A stretch of DNA of 64,000 nt, taken from NCBI GenBank assembly GCA_048772705.1, contig JBLWGC010000092.1, positions 125,531-189,530 on the forward strand, read 5' to 3'. Position numbers and translations under genes: made by a program. The notes under the pieces were generated by a model. That model saw only the letters and a program-made list of their open reading frames with translations. It made no database searches and was not told where the DNA came from. Origin of the DNA: Leidyana gryllorum EB-2025a. Its lineage: Eukaryota > Protista > Apicomplexa. Below, in pieces: positions 47,260-59,300 of the stretch (within the stretch, counting starts at the first letter, position 1; every line of letters starts with the position of its first letter).

Positions 47260-49624
47260 ACGGACACCACGCTATCTGTATGATGAAGTCTCCAGTGTGT
47301 GTGCACCCGCCGTTCTTTGATCTCGAAGAGGAACACGACCGCTACCAACAGAGTTATCCCCGCCATCATCGGCAACCGCACTGCATTAGACAATAGGACA
47401 CGCGTTACACACACAAACTATCCAACTGACCTGACAATCCACACATTTCATTCCCACCCTCAGCGGTATGCCAAATTGCGACAATGGCCAGTCTAGCGAT
47501 CAGAGGTGTGAACCAGAAAGCGAACAGCAGGTAGGACATGGCCAACCGGCTTTCATTCAAGGCGAAGGTCTGCAAGCCAAAGGAGACCGCTGAGGGGGAA
47601 AAGAGAACTTGGTGCAGAATGTTGAATATCAGTGAACCAATGATCCCCAACCAGCGACCGAACGAGTGCTGCGAGATTTCAGACAAACTGTGCGGCGGCA
47701 ATGACTAAATGAACCTCACCTCCAGAATCTCTGTGCATCCTTCGCGGTAGAGGGTGACTGCTAACATTATGCCAGGAACACCCAGGCACACTGTCTGAAG
47801 AAAGGCAACCACTGCGTGCATCGATGTGCGGTGCCAAAAGCGATTGAACAGATAACCGGGAACTACTCCAAATACCGCCAAGGCGGAAGTAGCGCATAAA
47901 AGGCCAGCGGCCCAACCATTAGAGGCATTCTTGCTGTAAAACAACAACTGGGCAGTCTCGGAATAAAAGAAGAAGCCCAGCGATAACCACGTGAAGAACA
48001 AAAGCGCATATAAGAAATCCCGACGGAAACCTGGACAATTCTTCAGGTGATAGCGGATAGATTTGATGTTATCAGCGGCTCCTCGCGGTACTTCCGATAT
48101 TGCAGCATGCACCCGTCGAGGTGGTAACCCACCATTGTACAATCTCAAACATAAAATTGCCTTTTTGTGTTCATGACGTCTCAAGTGGCCTGCCAGTCGC
48201 CGTTGTAAAGGGGGTCGCACAATTCATGCAACGCCTAATCACACTCACACTCGCGCACACACTCGCAACACACATCCAAAGTCAGTGATTAACAGCACAG
48301 TGCCTCCTGTTCCACGACCGACCAGTCAGCTGATCGATCACTTTGGGGACAAACAGCACTTACCCGCCACAGAGTCGTCGACCTTCATGAGATTTGACCG
48401 GAAAATGATATATACCACTCCGGCTAGTATCAGTCCCGCAATGGACTTGGCGGTGTAGGCGTTTTCAGTGGGTCGCGGAAACCATCCTGCCGACGTTGGC
48501 TCTGTCGTATACACCAAGACGATAGCGGACAGCATCGTATTGATGGTGAAGCCAATGCAGAAGGATCCAACCACCATCGCCCCCGCCATGTCCATGAAAT
48601 GACAAATAAGTGATTCATACAGAAACAAGGCAACTGCCCACATTGTGATCCCTGATGCGGCCCCATCTAGGATTCTATTGACCAGCAGACTCCAAATATT
48701 GGCATCGACAATAGCGACAGTGTTGCCAATTATATGCAGCCACATCGACAATCGGATGAGTCTGAGTCTCCGACAGTCCCGAAGCGGAGTATAATGAAGG
48801 ATTAAAGCAACGAGGCCAGCAGCAGCAACAAAAGGTCCCTCAACGAAGAGCTGCCACCACAGTGTGGGCAACTCATGGTGAATGGGGGAATCTGGCCGCG
48901 CACGATTGAAACCCACAATAACAAGGGGCGATACGGTTAACATCATACGCAGGATTTGAGCCGAGGGGTGTGTAGACACTCGATCCATCTTGGAAATGAG
49001 TACCGAAATGTTACTGGTAGTGTCTTCGCTCTGTTTGCGGCAACAGCACCCTCGAGTTTGTTCACTCGGAATTACACTTCCGCCATCTATTTCTGGCTCT
49101 TGAACACTCACACTGTACTCTATTTCATTCCGTTCGTCGGGAGGAAGGCCAAAGTAGACGCGCTGAGTATCATAGAACCGAGGATTGGCGCCCTCCTCTG
49201 CCAGCTTTATCGAGCTGGTGGACTCCATCTCTGCTCTCGGCGATTGAGGCGGTAACTCCATACCGAGGCTCGACCGTCGGGGTGAAGACCTTTGATACGA
49301 GGCTCCGCGGCTTCTGCTGTTTGTGCGGGAACGTCTCCGAGTGTCCGTAGAAGATCTTCTTCGCTCATGGCGATAAGGTCCACTCAAGCTGAAAGGTCCT
49401 GAACCCCCTCCACCAGCCGTCAAAGCGGCTGTCAGCCCAGCCGCACTGGTCTGCTTGAACTCCAATGGTGAATTCTCGAGGTCGTATATTGCTTCAGCCA
49501 AATGCACATCTCCAACGTAAATCGAACGGCTATCTGTAACCTCACCGGGTCCGCCCTCTCCTCCAATTTCTCCGAATTCCTCTGTTGAGGAGAACGGTGG
49601 GGCATAAAGGGGGCTCGGGCGCAT
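47256..49624 (-). CDS. Divergent MFS (sugar-porter-like) transporter with long N-terminal tail
   Basis: About 12 TM segments across spliced ORFs; LLVNRILDGAASG..LFLYES motif; final exon FLFEIKERRV ending TAA. Confidence 0.7.
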
Positions 49625-49632
49625 TTTTGCTA

Positions 49633-50610
49633 TCAGGCAACTGTACTGGGGATGCCACTGGCGGCGCCCTGAGGTTCTCTATCTTTGGGGCTGCCTAACT
49701 GCTGGGCTTCAATGTCGCTGAGGGAGAGCTGGTCTTGGGGCAACCGAACTGCCTCGCGGTACGAGAACCGTTCGGCCACTCGCCGGACGCGTCGCCGATC
49801 ATAAATTGCCTGAGCCGCTGGCTTCATCTCCAAGGGGAAATAGAAACTGCAACAGATCCAGGCCGTGACCATGCCAATGATCGAACCTGCAACCACATCA
49901 GAAGGGTGATGTCGATAGTCGCTTGTTCGGGAAACAGCTACTGCTGTAGGGACTGACAAGATGCCAAAGGGGATCACCAAACGCCAGCTGCCTATGTTAC
50001 GGAACAGGCACAACTTGGAGTAGGCCCACAGCGCTACAAAACCCATTTGCGCAAAACTCATCACAGAGTGTGCAGAAGGGAAAGACTGGCGACCATCCTC
50101 CAAAGCTGCTTCAGAAAGCTTCGTATGCCCTGTGCAGTCCGGTATCTCCGGAATATCTTCCCAAGAAGTCCATCCAAACGCCTTCATCCAGTCATGGTAA
50201 TCGTTCATCCCGAAACACCGTGCAAGATAGTCAGGCCGGGGCCGTCCGTACATTCGCTTCACCAGTTCACAGATCAGCCATCCAAATGCCGCAGACAGCG
50301 AGATGCCCAACATGTACGTCGTCACTTCTTCGGCTATCCCCGTCCAGTCCCAATGACCCATATAACGTAGCAGAAACACTCCTAACAAGAGAATGCTGAT
50401 CGCCATGACAGCTAGTAAAACGGTAGCAGCTGCTTCGCTGAACATCTGTCGCTCTTCGTATGGATACGCATATTTGCTCCAATCATTGCCTTGGACTCGT
50501 CGCACAAAAGGGTGGTATGTGGATCGAAATATGATAGTGGCTACGATTACTGCTAATCGTGCCGCAATTTCGAGGGTCAGATATGTCTTGTTCAAAAGGA
50601 AGGGGGGCAT
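49633..50610 (-). CDS. PAP2-family lipid phosphate phosphatase (DPP1/LPP-like)
   Basis: C1 KRMYGRPRPDYLARC, C2 SFPSAHS, C3 SRTSDYRHHPSDVVAG; six TMs. Confidence 0.96.
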   Translation of the reverse strand: MPPFLLNKTYLTLEIAARLAVIVATIIFRSTYHPFVRRVQGNDWSKYAYPYEERQMFSEAAATVLLAVMAISILLLGVFLLRYMGHWDWTGIAEEVTTYMLGISLSAAFGWLICELVKRMYGRPRPDYLARCFGMNDYHDWMKAFGWTSWEDIPEIPDCTGHTKLSEAALEDGRQSFPSAHSVMSFAQMGFVALWAYSKLCLFRNIGSWRLVIPFGILSVPTAVAVSRTSDYRHHPSDVVAGSIIGMVTAWICCSFYFPLEMKPAAQAIYDRRRVRRVAERFSYREAVRLPQDQLSLSDIEAQQLGSPKDREPQGAASGIPSTVA

Positions 50611-50648
50611 CTGCGCTTTATAAAAAGATTGCCAAAAGGATATTTTGT

Positions 50649-53600
50649 CTAAGCACTATCCCCAGTGCTCTGGGCGGACAAAGGGACCTCGGGTTCGCCT
50701 GCTGCTTTGACGAGCGACGAAAAAATCGAATCAGGGTTCTTCAGAAGCTCAGCCGGAGTTCCGTACTCAGCAATCGTTCCGCGATCCATCACCACAATCT
50801 GACATGGTGGTGATACACTGTCATCGTACAAACACACGCGTGCTCACCTTATCGTAGTCAAGAACTGTTGCGATGCGATGAGCAATGGTGACTATAGTAC
50901 AGTTTGCAAAACACCGCCTGATCGTCTGCTGGATGGCGGCATCAGTCTGAGGATCCACAGCACTCGTGGCTTCGTCCAGTAACAGAATGCGACTGTCGCG
51001 TAGCAGCACTCTGGTTAAGCAGAACAGTTGACGTTGGCCAATGCTGAAGTTGGAGCCCTCCTCTCGCAAGGGCGTTTCGAGACCGTCTGGCAAGTCTCTG
51101 ATGACCTGTGCCAGGCAGGCGTCGTCCAAAGCCTCCCAAATTTGAGAATCAGTACGGATTCCCATGGGATCCAAACTATCGCGCACAGAACCAGTGAAAA
51201 GGACAGGATCCTGAGGGATGACCCCGAGTCGACTGCGCATTTCTTGAACATTAAGGGATTGCAGATCGACTCCGTCGATCTCGATGCTGCCGATAGTGGG
51301 CTCGACCAGTCGAAGTAGAGTTGAAATGATGGATGACTTTCCAGCCCCTGTTCTCCCAACGATTCCGACCTGATGCGGAGTGATGTGTGTCAAAATCTCT
51401 GTAGGATTGAGAGTAAGTAGCTCACCCTTTCACCAGCGTTTATAGTGAGGTTGATATCTCGAAGAGCCCAAGGCAAATTGGGTCTATATTGTAAACTTAA
51501 ATTCTCGATGTCGATCTGTCCTCGTGAGGGCCAGTCTTTGGGTAAAGTAGTGGTGACGGGGAATTTGCTTCCCTCCTGTGGCACACTTTCTTCGCTGCAG
51601 TACTCGCTGACTCTCTCCACGGACACTATGTTCGACTCCCGGACTCTGCAGTTGCATATTGATTGCTTTTGAAGAAAGAGAGCCCACCCTGAAACGCGGA
51701 CAAGTTCGTTGAGCGCCGAGGTTACAGTGAGCGCATAAGTTATGGCGAGACCGGCGACACCACCAGTGATGGTTCCAGCCCCAATGACAGAGCAGAAAGC
51801 AGCACAGGCAACAACAATGCTACCGGTGAGCTCAAGTCGTACCGAAAGCCATCGATTCGCCATTACGTTGAGGAGATTGGCCCCCATGGCTGCTTGTAGG
51901 TGGTTGTATCCCATTTCGGTGAACCACTTCATCTTGCCATAGGCCCTGATAGTCGGAAGGCCATCCAATGTTTCAGTAAAGTGAGTGACAATGGGCGATC
52001 GAAGTGTTGAGTCGATACGTTTGAGCTGTCGGGCAATGTTGATGAACTGTCGCTGGATAGCATTGTACACAATGCCGAGGGGAGCGAGGACAATGATGGA
52101 GTAGGGTAGAGCGAGCACCACCACGCCCACAGAACACAACACCGTACATATCTGTCTCAGATAACTGTAGAGGTTATCTGGTATCGCATTATCAATAACA
52201 AACAGATCCTTGGAAAACCGGTTTAGGATACGTCCAACCGGAGTGGATTCAAAGAAAGTCATCGTGGCTCCGGTTATTTGTTTCAACATATTGTCGTGGA
52301 ACCCTCGAGCAGCTCGTTGACTTCCACAAGCGAGCAGATAAGCTGAACACGACGCAGTGAAGACCGAACACAGAGAGATGCACGAGTACAACAATATGCC
52401 TCGAAGTGCTGATACATATCGTGGATCGGAACCGTCCATTGTGTGATTCGTCCAGTAACTCAACCACACGGTCGAGCCTGCCTCCACCAGTTGTGCCAAC
52501 ACACATGTCACAATCAATGACAGCACCAGCAGTAACCCTCCAGCCATTATAATGTACTCTCTGTACACACTCCAGGCAACAGCACCTGTTTCAACGTGTT
52601 CCTTCACTAACAACCCGGAATCTGCCGCCTTGGAAGATACTTCACCATCCTCACTCACGCCGGTATGTTCATCATGAGGATTTCGGCGCGACCGAATACT
52701 CATCACACTGCGAGGCTCGTCCACACACGCTATCAGTTCATCTGTGCCCTGAGCTGTCTCCTCCGCAGGCTGAGAAATGTCCCCACAGGACTCCAACAGC
52801 GAGTTGGAAGAGATCAGTGAGCTTGTCAGTGACTGCATCATCCGGGCTCTCTGGTTTGCTGGAATCATCTGAAGGGTCTCTGCGGATAACGCCCGGAAAC
52901 TCTCATCGTCCAGCGCTTGGCTCAGAGAGGAGAAGTGTTTGCCTTGGCCTCCGTCCAAGAAAATGATCTGATCGGCCCGAGACAGAGTCTCCAAACGATG
53001 GGTCACAAATACGATGCACTTGTTCTTCAACATTCCTTCGAAAACGTGCTCAAAGATGTGCTCCGCAACGTGAGTGTCCACAGCACTCAATACATCGTCG
53101 AGTACATAGACATCCGCATTACGATACACCGCACGTGCCAGGGAAACCCGGTGTTTTTGACCACCCGAAAGATTGATCCCTCTCTCGCCGATTTCAGTCA
53201 GATCTCCGTGCACCAACATCTCTAAATCCGCCTCCAAAGCGCACGCCCGAATGACGTTCATGTACCTCTCTGATTCATACGGCAGACCAAACAAGATGTT
53301 CTCTCGCAAGGTGACCGAGCGTACCCATGGCAACTGATTTCAAGTAAACTTCGAGCCACTCAGACCCTTACCTGTGTACAGTACGCCACTGTGCCATGCA
53401 CAAAGGTGTCCCCAAACACTGGTTGAATCTCGCCTGTGATAGCACTCAAGAGAGTAGACTTCCCAACACCGGTACGCCCCACAATGGCAGTCAAGTGGCA
53501 GTTAGGCGCCACCGAGATGCTTATGCCATCAAGCACTGGCTTCTGGTCGGGATATTGAATCCGCAACGACTCAACTTCGACCACGTTGGTATCAGGCAGG

Positions 53601-55672
53601 ATCGGAATGTACTGTTGAGGGGGCACCTCCGGCAACTCCAAGAAAGTCTGGCGTGTTCCGCATAAGTGATCTCATCTCTGCTAATAATGTAGCTCACCCG
53701 TAATCGTTTCGCAGTGATCTGAGCATCGAGTAGCTGATTGATCGTATTGGGCAGTTGGTTGAGTGGGCCCCGAAGCACATTGAACAAAGCAATGGAGGTG
53801 AAAACCACCGCAGGAGTCAGCGACTCCCCCAAGACCAGCGCGAAGTAGGAAAAGGCGCTGATCGTAGTGAGTGCGGGAACGAATGCCCACTGAACCTTCA
53901 TCAGGAGTTGCAACATCTGCAACTTCCACTTCTGAGTCAACTCCCGCGACCGGACATTCATCACCCTGCTCATGAATTCCGGTTCCCAGGCGTAGAGTTT
54001 GACAGCTTTAATTCCGAACAGAAGCTCATTTGTTGCTGTCATGCGCTCATCTCGGATTCTCATCTGCACCCGTCGCGCTTTTCGTAAGCGCGTACGAACA
54101 ATGTCTACAAAATATCACAAAATGGCACACACGTGTGTGCGCTTACTTGACAGAGGTATTGCGATGAGCATCACCCCCAAAGCGACGAACGCGGCGCTCT
54201 GGATTTGTGTATATAGGAGATAGGTGGCCATGGTGAATTGATAGGGGAAAGAGCAGAACACATAGACACATTGTATCATATCCGGTAGCCTTTCAACGTC
54301 AATGCTGATCAGGTTGACCACCTGGCCAGATGAAGGTCCAATTTGATCGTTTTCGCGATCTGGACGTCTCGGAATATCAATGGCATCTACGATTTGTACC
54401 AGCGTCTGAAAGTACACTGAATGTACCCACCTCGTTGTACAAGCAGGAATTTGTTGTAGACGGCGCTGCTCATTGCACTCTTGATCATCAATTGCAGACG
54501 CCATTGTCGGATCTGGTGTTGATTGAGCGTCAGAGCGCCAGCTAAAGACGCAGAGACCATCAAGATGACTTCAGCAATACCAAGAAAGACTGAAGGGCTG
54601 TGGTAATGAGCACGGAGATCAAGGGATAAGCTCGGATTGGTGGCGTACCTGTCTTCGTCACCGATAGCCTTGGCTGTGACATATTTGACGACCAAACTTA
54701 AGAACACCGGGGACATGAGATTCAGCGTGTCCGTCAAGAGTTTCCAGAATGTAGCAACAGCAAGATCCAGAGCGCAGAAGCGGAAGACTGCCAGTGAGAA
54801 GATCCAGTCAGATCGCCAGCGAGGGCGACGGGACCATATGGCATCCCACCGATCGAATAGCACTTCGGGCAATTCGTCGTCAACCAGATCATAGAGATCA
54901 TCTGGCTCGAGAGGTCTCTCATTTGCGAGGTTGACCAATGGAGTGAGCCATTGCAAGATGACTAGATGCAGAAGAGACGCCTTCTGTTCAGGGGATTTGG
55001 GTCGGTTGAGACGAGGAGTCTCGCGACTTCTCTCAACGGTGGGACCACAGCGAGCCCACTTGCGGGGCAGACTGAGGCCAAAGACAGCACCGATAGCGCA
55101 AAGAGTTCGCAAGACATGTACAGTGGCACTCAGCTTGCCCATGGGACCGCTCCGCCAATCGGCCAAGATGCGATATACTGTAGCACAAATGCTGATGATC
55201 CAACCGATACGGAGACCTCGAACGGTCTCGTCTGGCACATCTTCGAGAGTCTCGAGCTCTTCCTCATCTTCTTCGATATCCTGATACGAGGGAGGAGGGA
55301 ACTCGGCACCTGTTCGGTTGCAGATGGACTCACATGTTGGCGAATGAAGGACGCGGCCCCAGCGCCCCAGGCAAATCCCGCAACGCTGAGGGTGATCTGA
55401 GAGACGAGAAGCTGAGAGCCGAGAGCAACTTTAGTTCCGATTGCGCAGATTCCCAGTAGGGCTGCGAGATTGATGAGAGCGAACAGGATGGCGCATCCTT
55501 GGCGACACAAAATCCAGGTCACCCCCCAAAGTCTTCGTGGTCTGCTACCAGAGAGCAATCGTTCCCTCAACTCAGATCTCTTTTGAGGACATCTTAGACG
55601 GTATATAGGGCGCAGAAGGGTCAGAAGGGGCAAGACCGCCACTAGGGTATCCCAAATCTGCCCAACCACCAT
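50649..55672 (-). CDS. ABC transporter, ABCC/MRP subfamily
   Basis: NBD1 GRTGVGKST and [16 protein letters not shown]; TMD2 [17 protein letters not shown]; NBD2 [28 protein letters not shown]; about 8 short introns. Confidence 0.97.
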
Positions 55673-55692
55673 CGGCTTGTGTTTTTTTCGCT

Positions 55693-56327
55693 ATGAGCAT
55701 CAATCCTGAGCAGCTGGGCCAACGAGTTGATCCTAAGGTGAGTTGAGGGTTACCTGCGGTCACTACGTGTCGTGAATGCAGAAAGCTGCTGAAGCTCGCC
55801 AGAGGGAAGAGTGAGTCGGGCAACTAAGTACTGAGAGACCCATTCTACTCATCTATGCAGAGAATTGGCTGAGAGAAGGAGACTGGCGCTGCGAGCACTA
55901 CTCGCACCTGAAGCCAGCGAGCGATGTGAGTGACTGACTGAGTGACTGAGTGATTGGCTGCGTGTGTATGGCTGTTTACTACTCCAGTCAAGGACTCGGT
56001 TATGTTGTTCTGCAGTGGCTAGGGTGGCTATGGTGAAGCCAGAGCGGGCTCAGGTGGTCGAGAATCATATACTACAGGTAGGACGAAGGCGATTGAGGGT
56101 GAAAACCCGTTCTGATTATTTCGGTTAGAACGGAGCCCGGCTGAGCGGAGGCGATAAGATAACGGAGGCTCAATTAGTTGCATTGCTGAGTCAGTTCGGA
56201 GAGGAAGCTCGGGGGCCAAAAGTGACTGTAAGTGCCATCGTAGACAATTAGGAGCGAACGAACCGGTCGGTATGTGCAGATCAATCGAAGGCGAGGCATT
56301 GATGACAGTGATAGTGATTCTTGGTAG
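55693..56327 (+). CDS. PDCD5: Programmed cell death protein 5 (dsDNA-binding family), six small exons
   Basis: Exons 55693-55737, 55782-55810, 55861-55925, 56016-56077, 56129-56227 and 56280-56327 (all GT-AG) give MSINPEQLGQRVDPK..ELAERRRLALRALLAPEASERLARVAMVKPERAQVVENHILQ..KITEAQLVALL..KVTINRRRGIDDSDSDSW. Confidence 0.9.
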
Positions 56328-56352
56328 AAAAAAAACCTTTCTGTAGCTTCGA

Positions 56353-59300
56353 ATGGCGAACCAACAACAACGCGTGCGGCGCCCTGATAAGGAAGAAGGG
56401 CGACGGAGGCCCGTATCCTCCAGCCCGCAGGTATCTACTAATGCAAACTATCGTCGAAAGTCGTGCTTATGGGAGGACGCGAAAGTACCAGAAGACATCA
56501 GGAGCGAATTGCTTCCAGAATTGAAGGCCATCGTAGAGGAGGTCGTCACGCCGAACTGCGTCAACCAGCTCCTCTCCGTTGTCGCTCTCTGGCATCCCAG
56601 GTTACCAGGCGAAGTGGTGTCTGATTATCAGAGCCTTCGACTACTCAAAAGGGGCTTTCTGCTTCCTGCTAATGACTTGGCTGAGATAGTATGGAAAATT
56701 GGAACACAACCCGAGCTCATACGCTTGCTCTCCGAACGAGGCCCTGACTTTGGCCTGTCCCTACTCCTGATACTTGAGCTCTGTTTCCAAGTTGCCTTCT
56801 GTCTACGAAAACCAGCGCACGGCGTTCGTAGCGTGAATCACGAGTCAAAGAGGAACTATGCTGCCATCGTTACCAACTGTCCGAAGCTGATGGAGATATT
56901 GTCCCTGCATCTGGACTGTCCTCCTCTTAGACCTCGGTTTATCAGGAAATTCGCGCTCACTTGTTTGGGCTTCTTGTACCATCGCAAGTTCCCAAGCGCC
57001 TGTCTCACTCGCTTCTTTCAGCTACACTTCTTTGTCAATCCGGGCGCACGCAAGCACGTGTTCGAGAAACATCCCATCAAATTGGACCGCGCTCATTACC
57101 TGCCCAAGGCAGCGGCCGAAGCCGTCGAAGAATTCTTGTGGGCTAAAGCCAACCAACTCAGCCTCGGAGGCCCAGCCGAGATGTCCCGACCGATAAACGC
57201 AAAGGGTGAAATTGTTGTCGACTCTCAGCGTGCCGCCATGGCAGTGGTGTTTGAGAGGCTAAACCATGTCGCTCGCAGCCTGTTTGGGACAAGCCTGTGT
57301 CTCTACGGCTCGGCCGCCAGTGGTTTTGCCACCTGTCACTCAGACGTGGACGTAGTTCTGCAGCTCGGCCGGTCGGGTGTCGAAACGATGCTGGAGGATT
57401 TACGACGCGTGCGCGCCGAAGGTGGTTTGGATATCAACCCTTTCCCCGCGAGGAAGCAAAATGGCTTCACGCGCGTGTGCGAAGACTGGACCTGGACGGC
57501 TGAACGCCCGCCCCCGATAGTCGCTACCATCTGGGCCGGACGTAAGCTTGCCTGGGCTTGCCATCGTTTGTACGGATGGGATGTCCGTTGTGTCCAGCAC
57601 GCGTACGTACCAATCGTACGCATTATAGCGGCAGTGGACGACAACGGACGGCCACAGGCTGTCCCAGCCATTTTCCGACCATTAGCTTCGCGCGAAGCGA
57701 CATTCCGACTTTCGCTCGCCGACGCATTGCGCACAGAGAGCTGCAAGCACCTTCTAACGGCGCCTGGATGCTCTGAAGCGCTCATCACTCTGTGTAATTC
57801 TCCAGACGGCAGAAACAACGCCGTACTGCCGCTGCTCAAAGCAGTAGCGCATAATATCATCTGCGAAAAGCTCTACGCTTGTTGGGGACCTCCAGAGACG
57901 GATTCCCAGCTCACCGAGGCTGCATTGTGTTTTTACCATGCTCTGAAGGAGATGGAGGCCGAGAAGGTAATGACACTCCCAGAGACCCAGAGTTTGCTAG
58001 AGTGTCTGAAAGTGTACGCGACCAATTGTGTCGACCCTTTCAATGACTTGACTCGAGGTCCAGGTTTGCCTGCGGGGTACCCCTGTGAGCTGGACGATGG
58101 TCGTCTCACGAAGGAATCCGATCTTCAATCTGAAGACCACCGTACGTTATGGTTGGTGGATGCGGACTGCAGCATGGATCGTTCTGTCGGTATCCACAAT
58201 TCCCGTCTATTGAGGGCTTACGCGTCATGCGACCCTCGCGTGGTGGCTGTGACCCTTCTTATCAAACATTGGGCACGCAACCATGCAATCGGCGACGCTT
58301 ACTCCGGCTATTTGTCAGGGTATCAGTGGACTTTGCTGGTCATTCATTACTTACAGCACTATTTGTGTGCCGCTCTTCCCCCCAAATTTGCGGATGATCC
58401 CGGCCTCAAGGAGCTGGAACTGTCTGGAAGACGTCCTAGTAATAAGAAGACTATGCTCCCCTTAGTTCCCAACCTACAACGAGATCCTCCGATACCAGGG
58501 TTCACCAAACCCACTGTGACCGTTCATGAGTTAGAAGGTGTCGCGGACGTCTTCTTCTACGAGCCGACATTGGGAGCTAATCGCTCCCTCCCTCAAAACC
58601 TTCAGGAAGCTTGTCGTTCCGAGCCGACTCCAGAGGCTTCCCCTCCATCCTCCCCACGTCACTCATCCTTATCCAAGCCCTGGCCGGAGGACAATTTGCT
58701 GCGGTCTGATCCTTTGGGTTACGCCTTCCAACTCTTAACGTGCCCTCATGAGATGAAGGCATCAGCTGCCAACCACACCAGTCCTGACGAACTTTGGCGG
58801 TGTCGGATTGCTAGTTGTCCGCGCCCGCCCCGAGGATCTCGACCAGGCAAACAAGCCTTCAATCAATGGGACAAAGATCGCGCCGAAAATAAGGCTCAAA
58901 TGATCAACAGTCACAACAACAAGCGCGGAAGCGTTTTATGCTCTGCATATCCAAGTTTGGATTTGCTGCGAGATGAGGTGTTCATCAATGACCACATCAT
59001 GACGCGCAAGTCCCTTCAACTGCCGTTCCATAACGCTCTGACTCTCACAGAGCTCCTGTATGGATTCTTCGAATATTATGGCATGCGTTTCAACTTTGCA
59101 ACTGACGTAAGTATCATGTGTGCTGTGAAGTGTGTGGGTATACATATGTGTGTCTCCTTGTAATATCACCGGCATCGCTCATTGGCATACTATTTTCACA
59201 TGCCTCCACTTGCAGATGTCAGACATCGACCGAGTACCGCGGCTACCATCGTCAAAGAAGGAGTTCTTTGAGACTTCTATTTTTACACCTGAGCTCAAAG

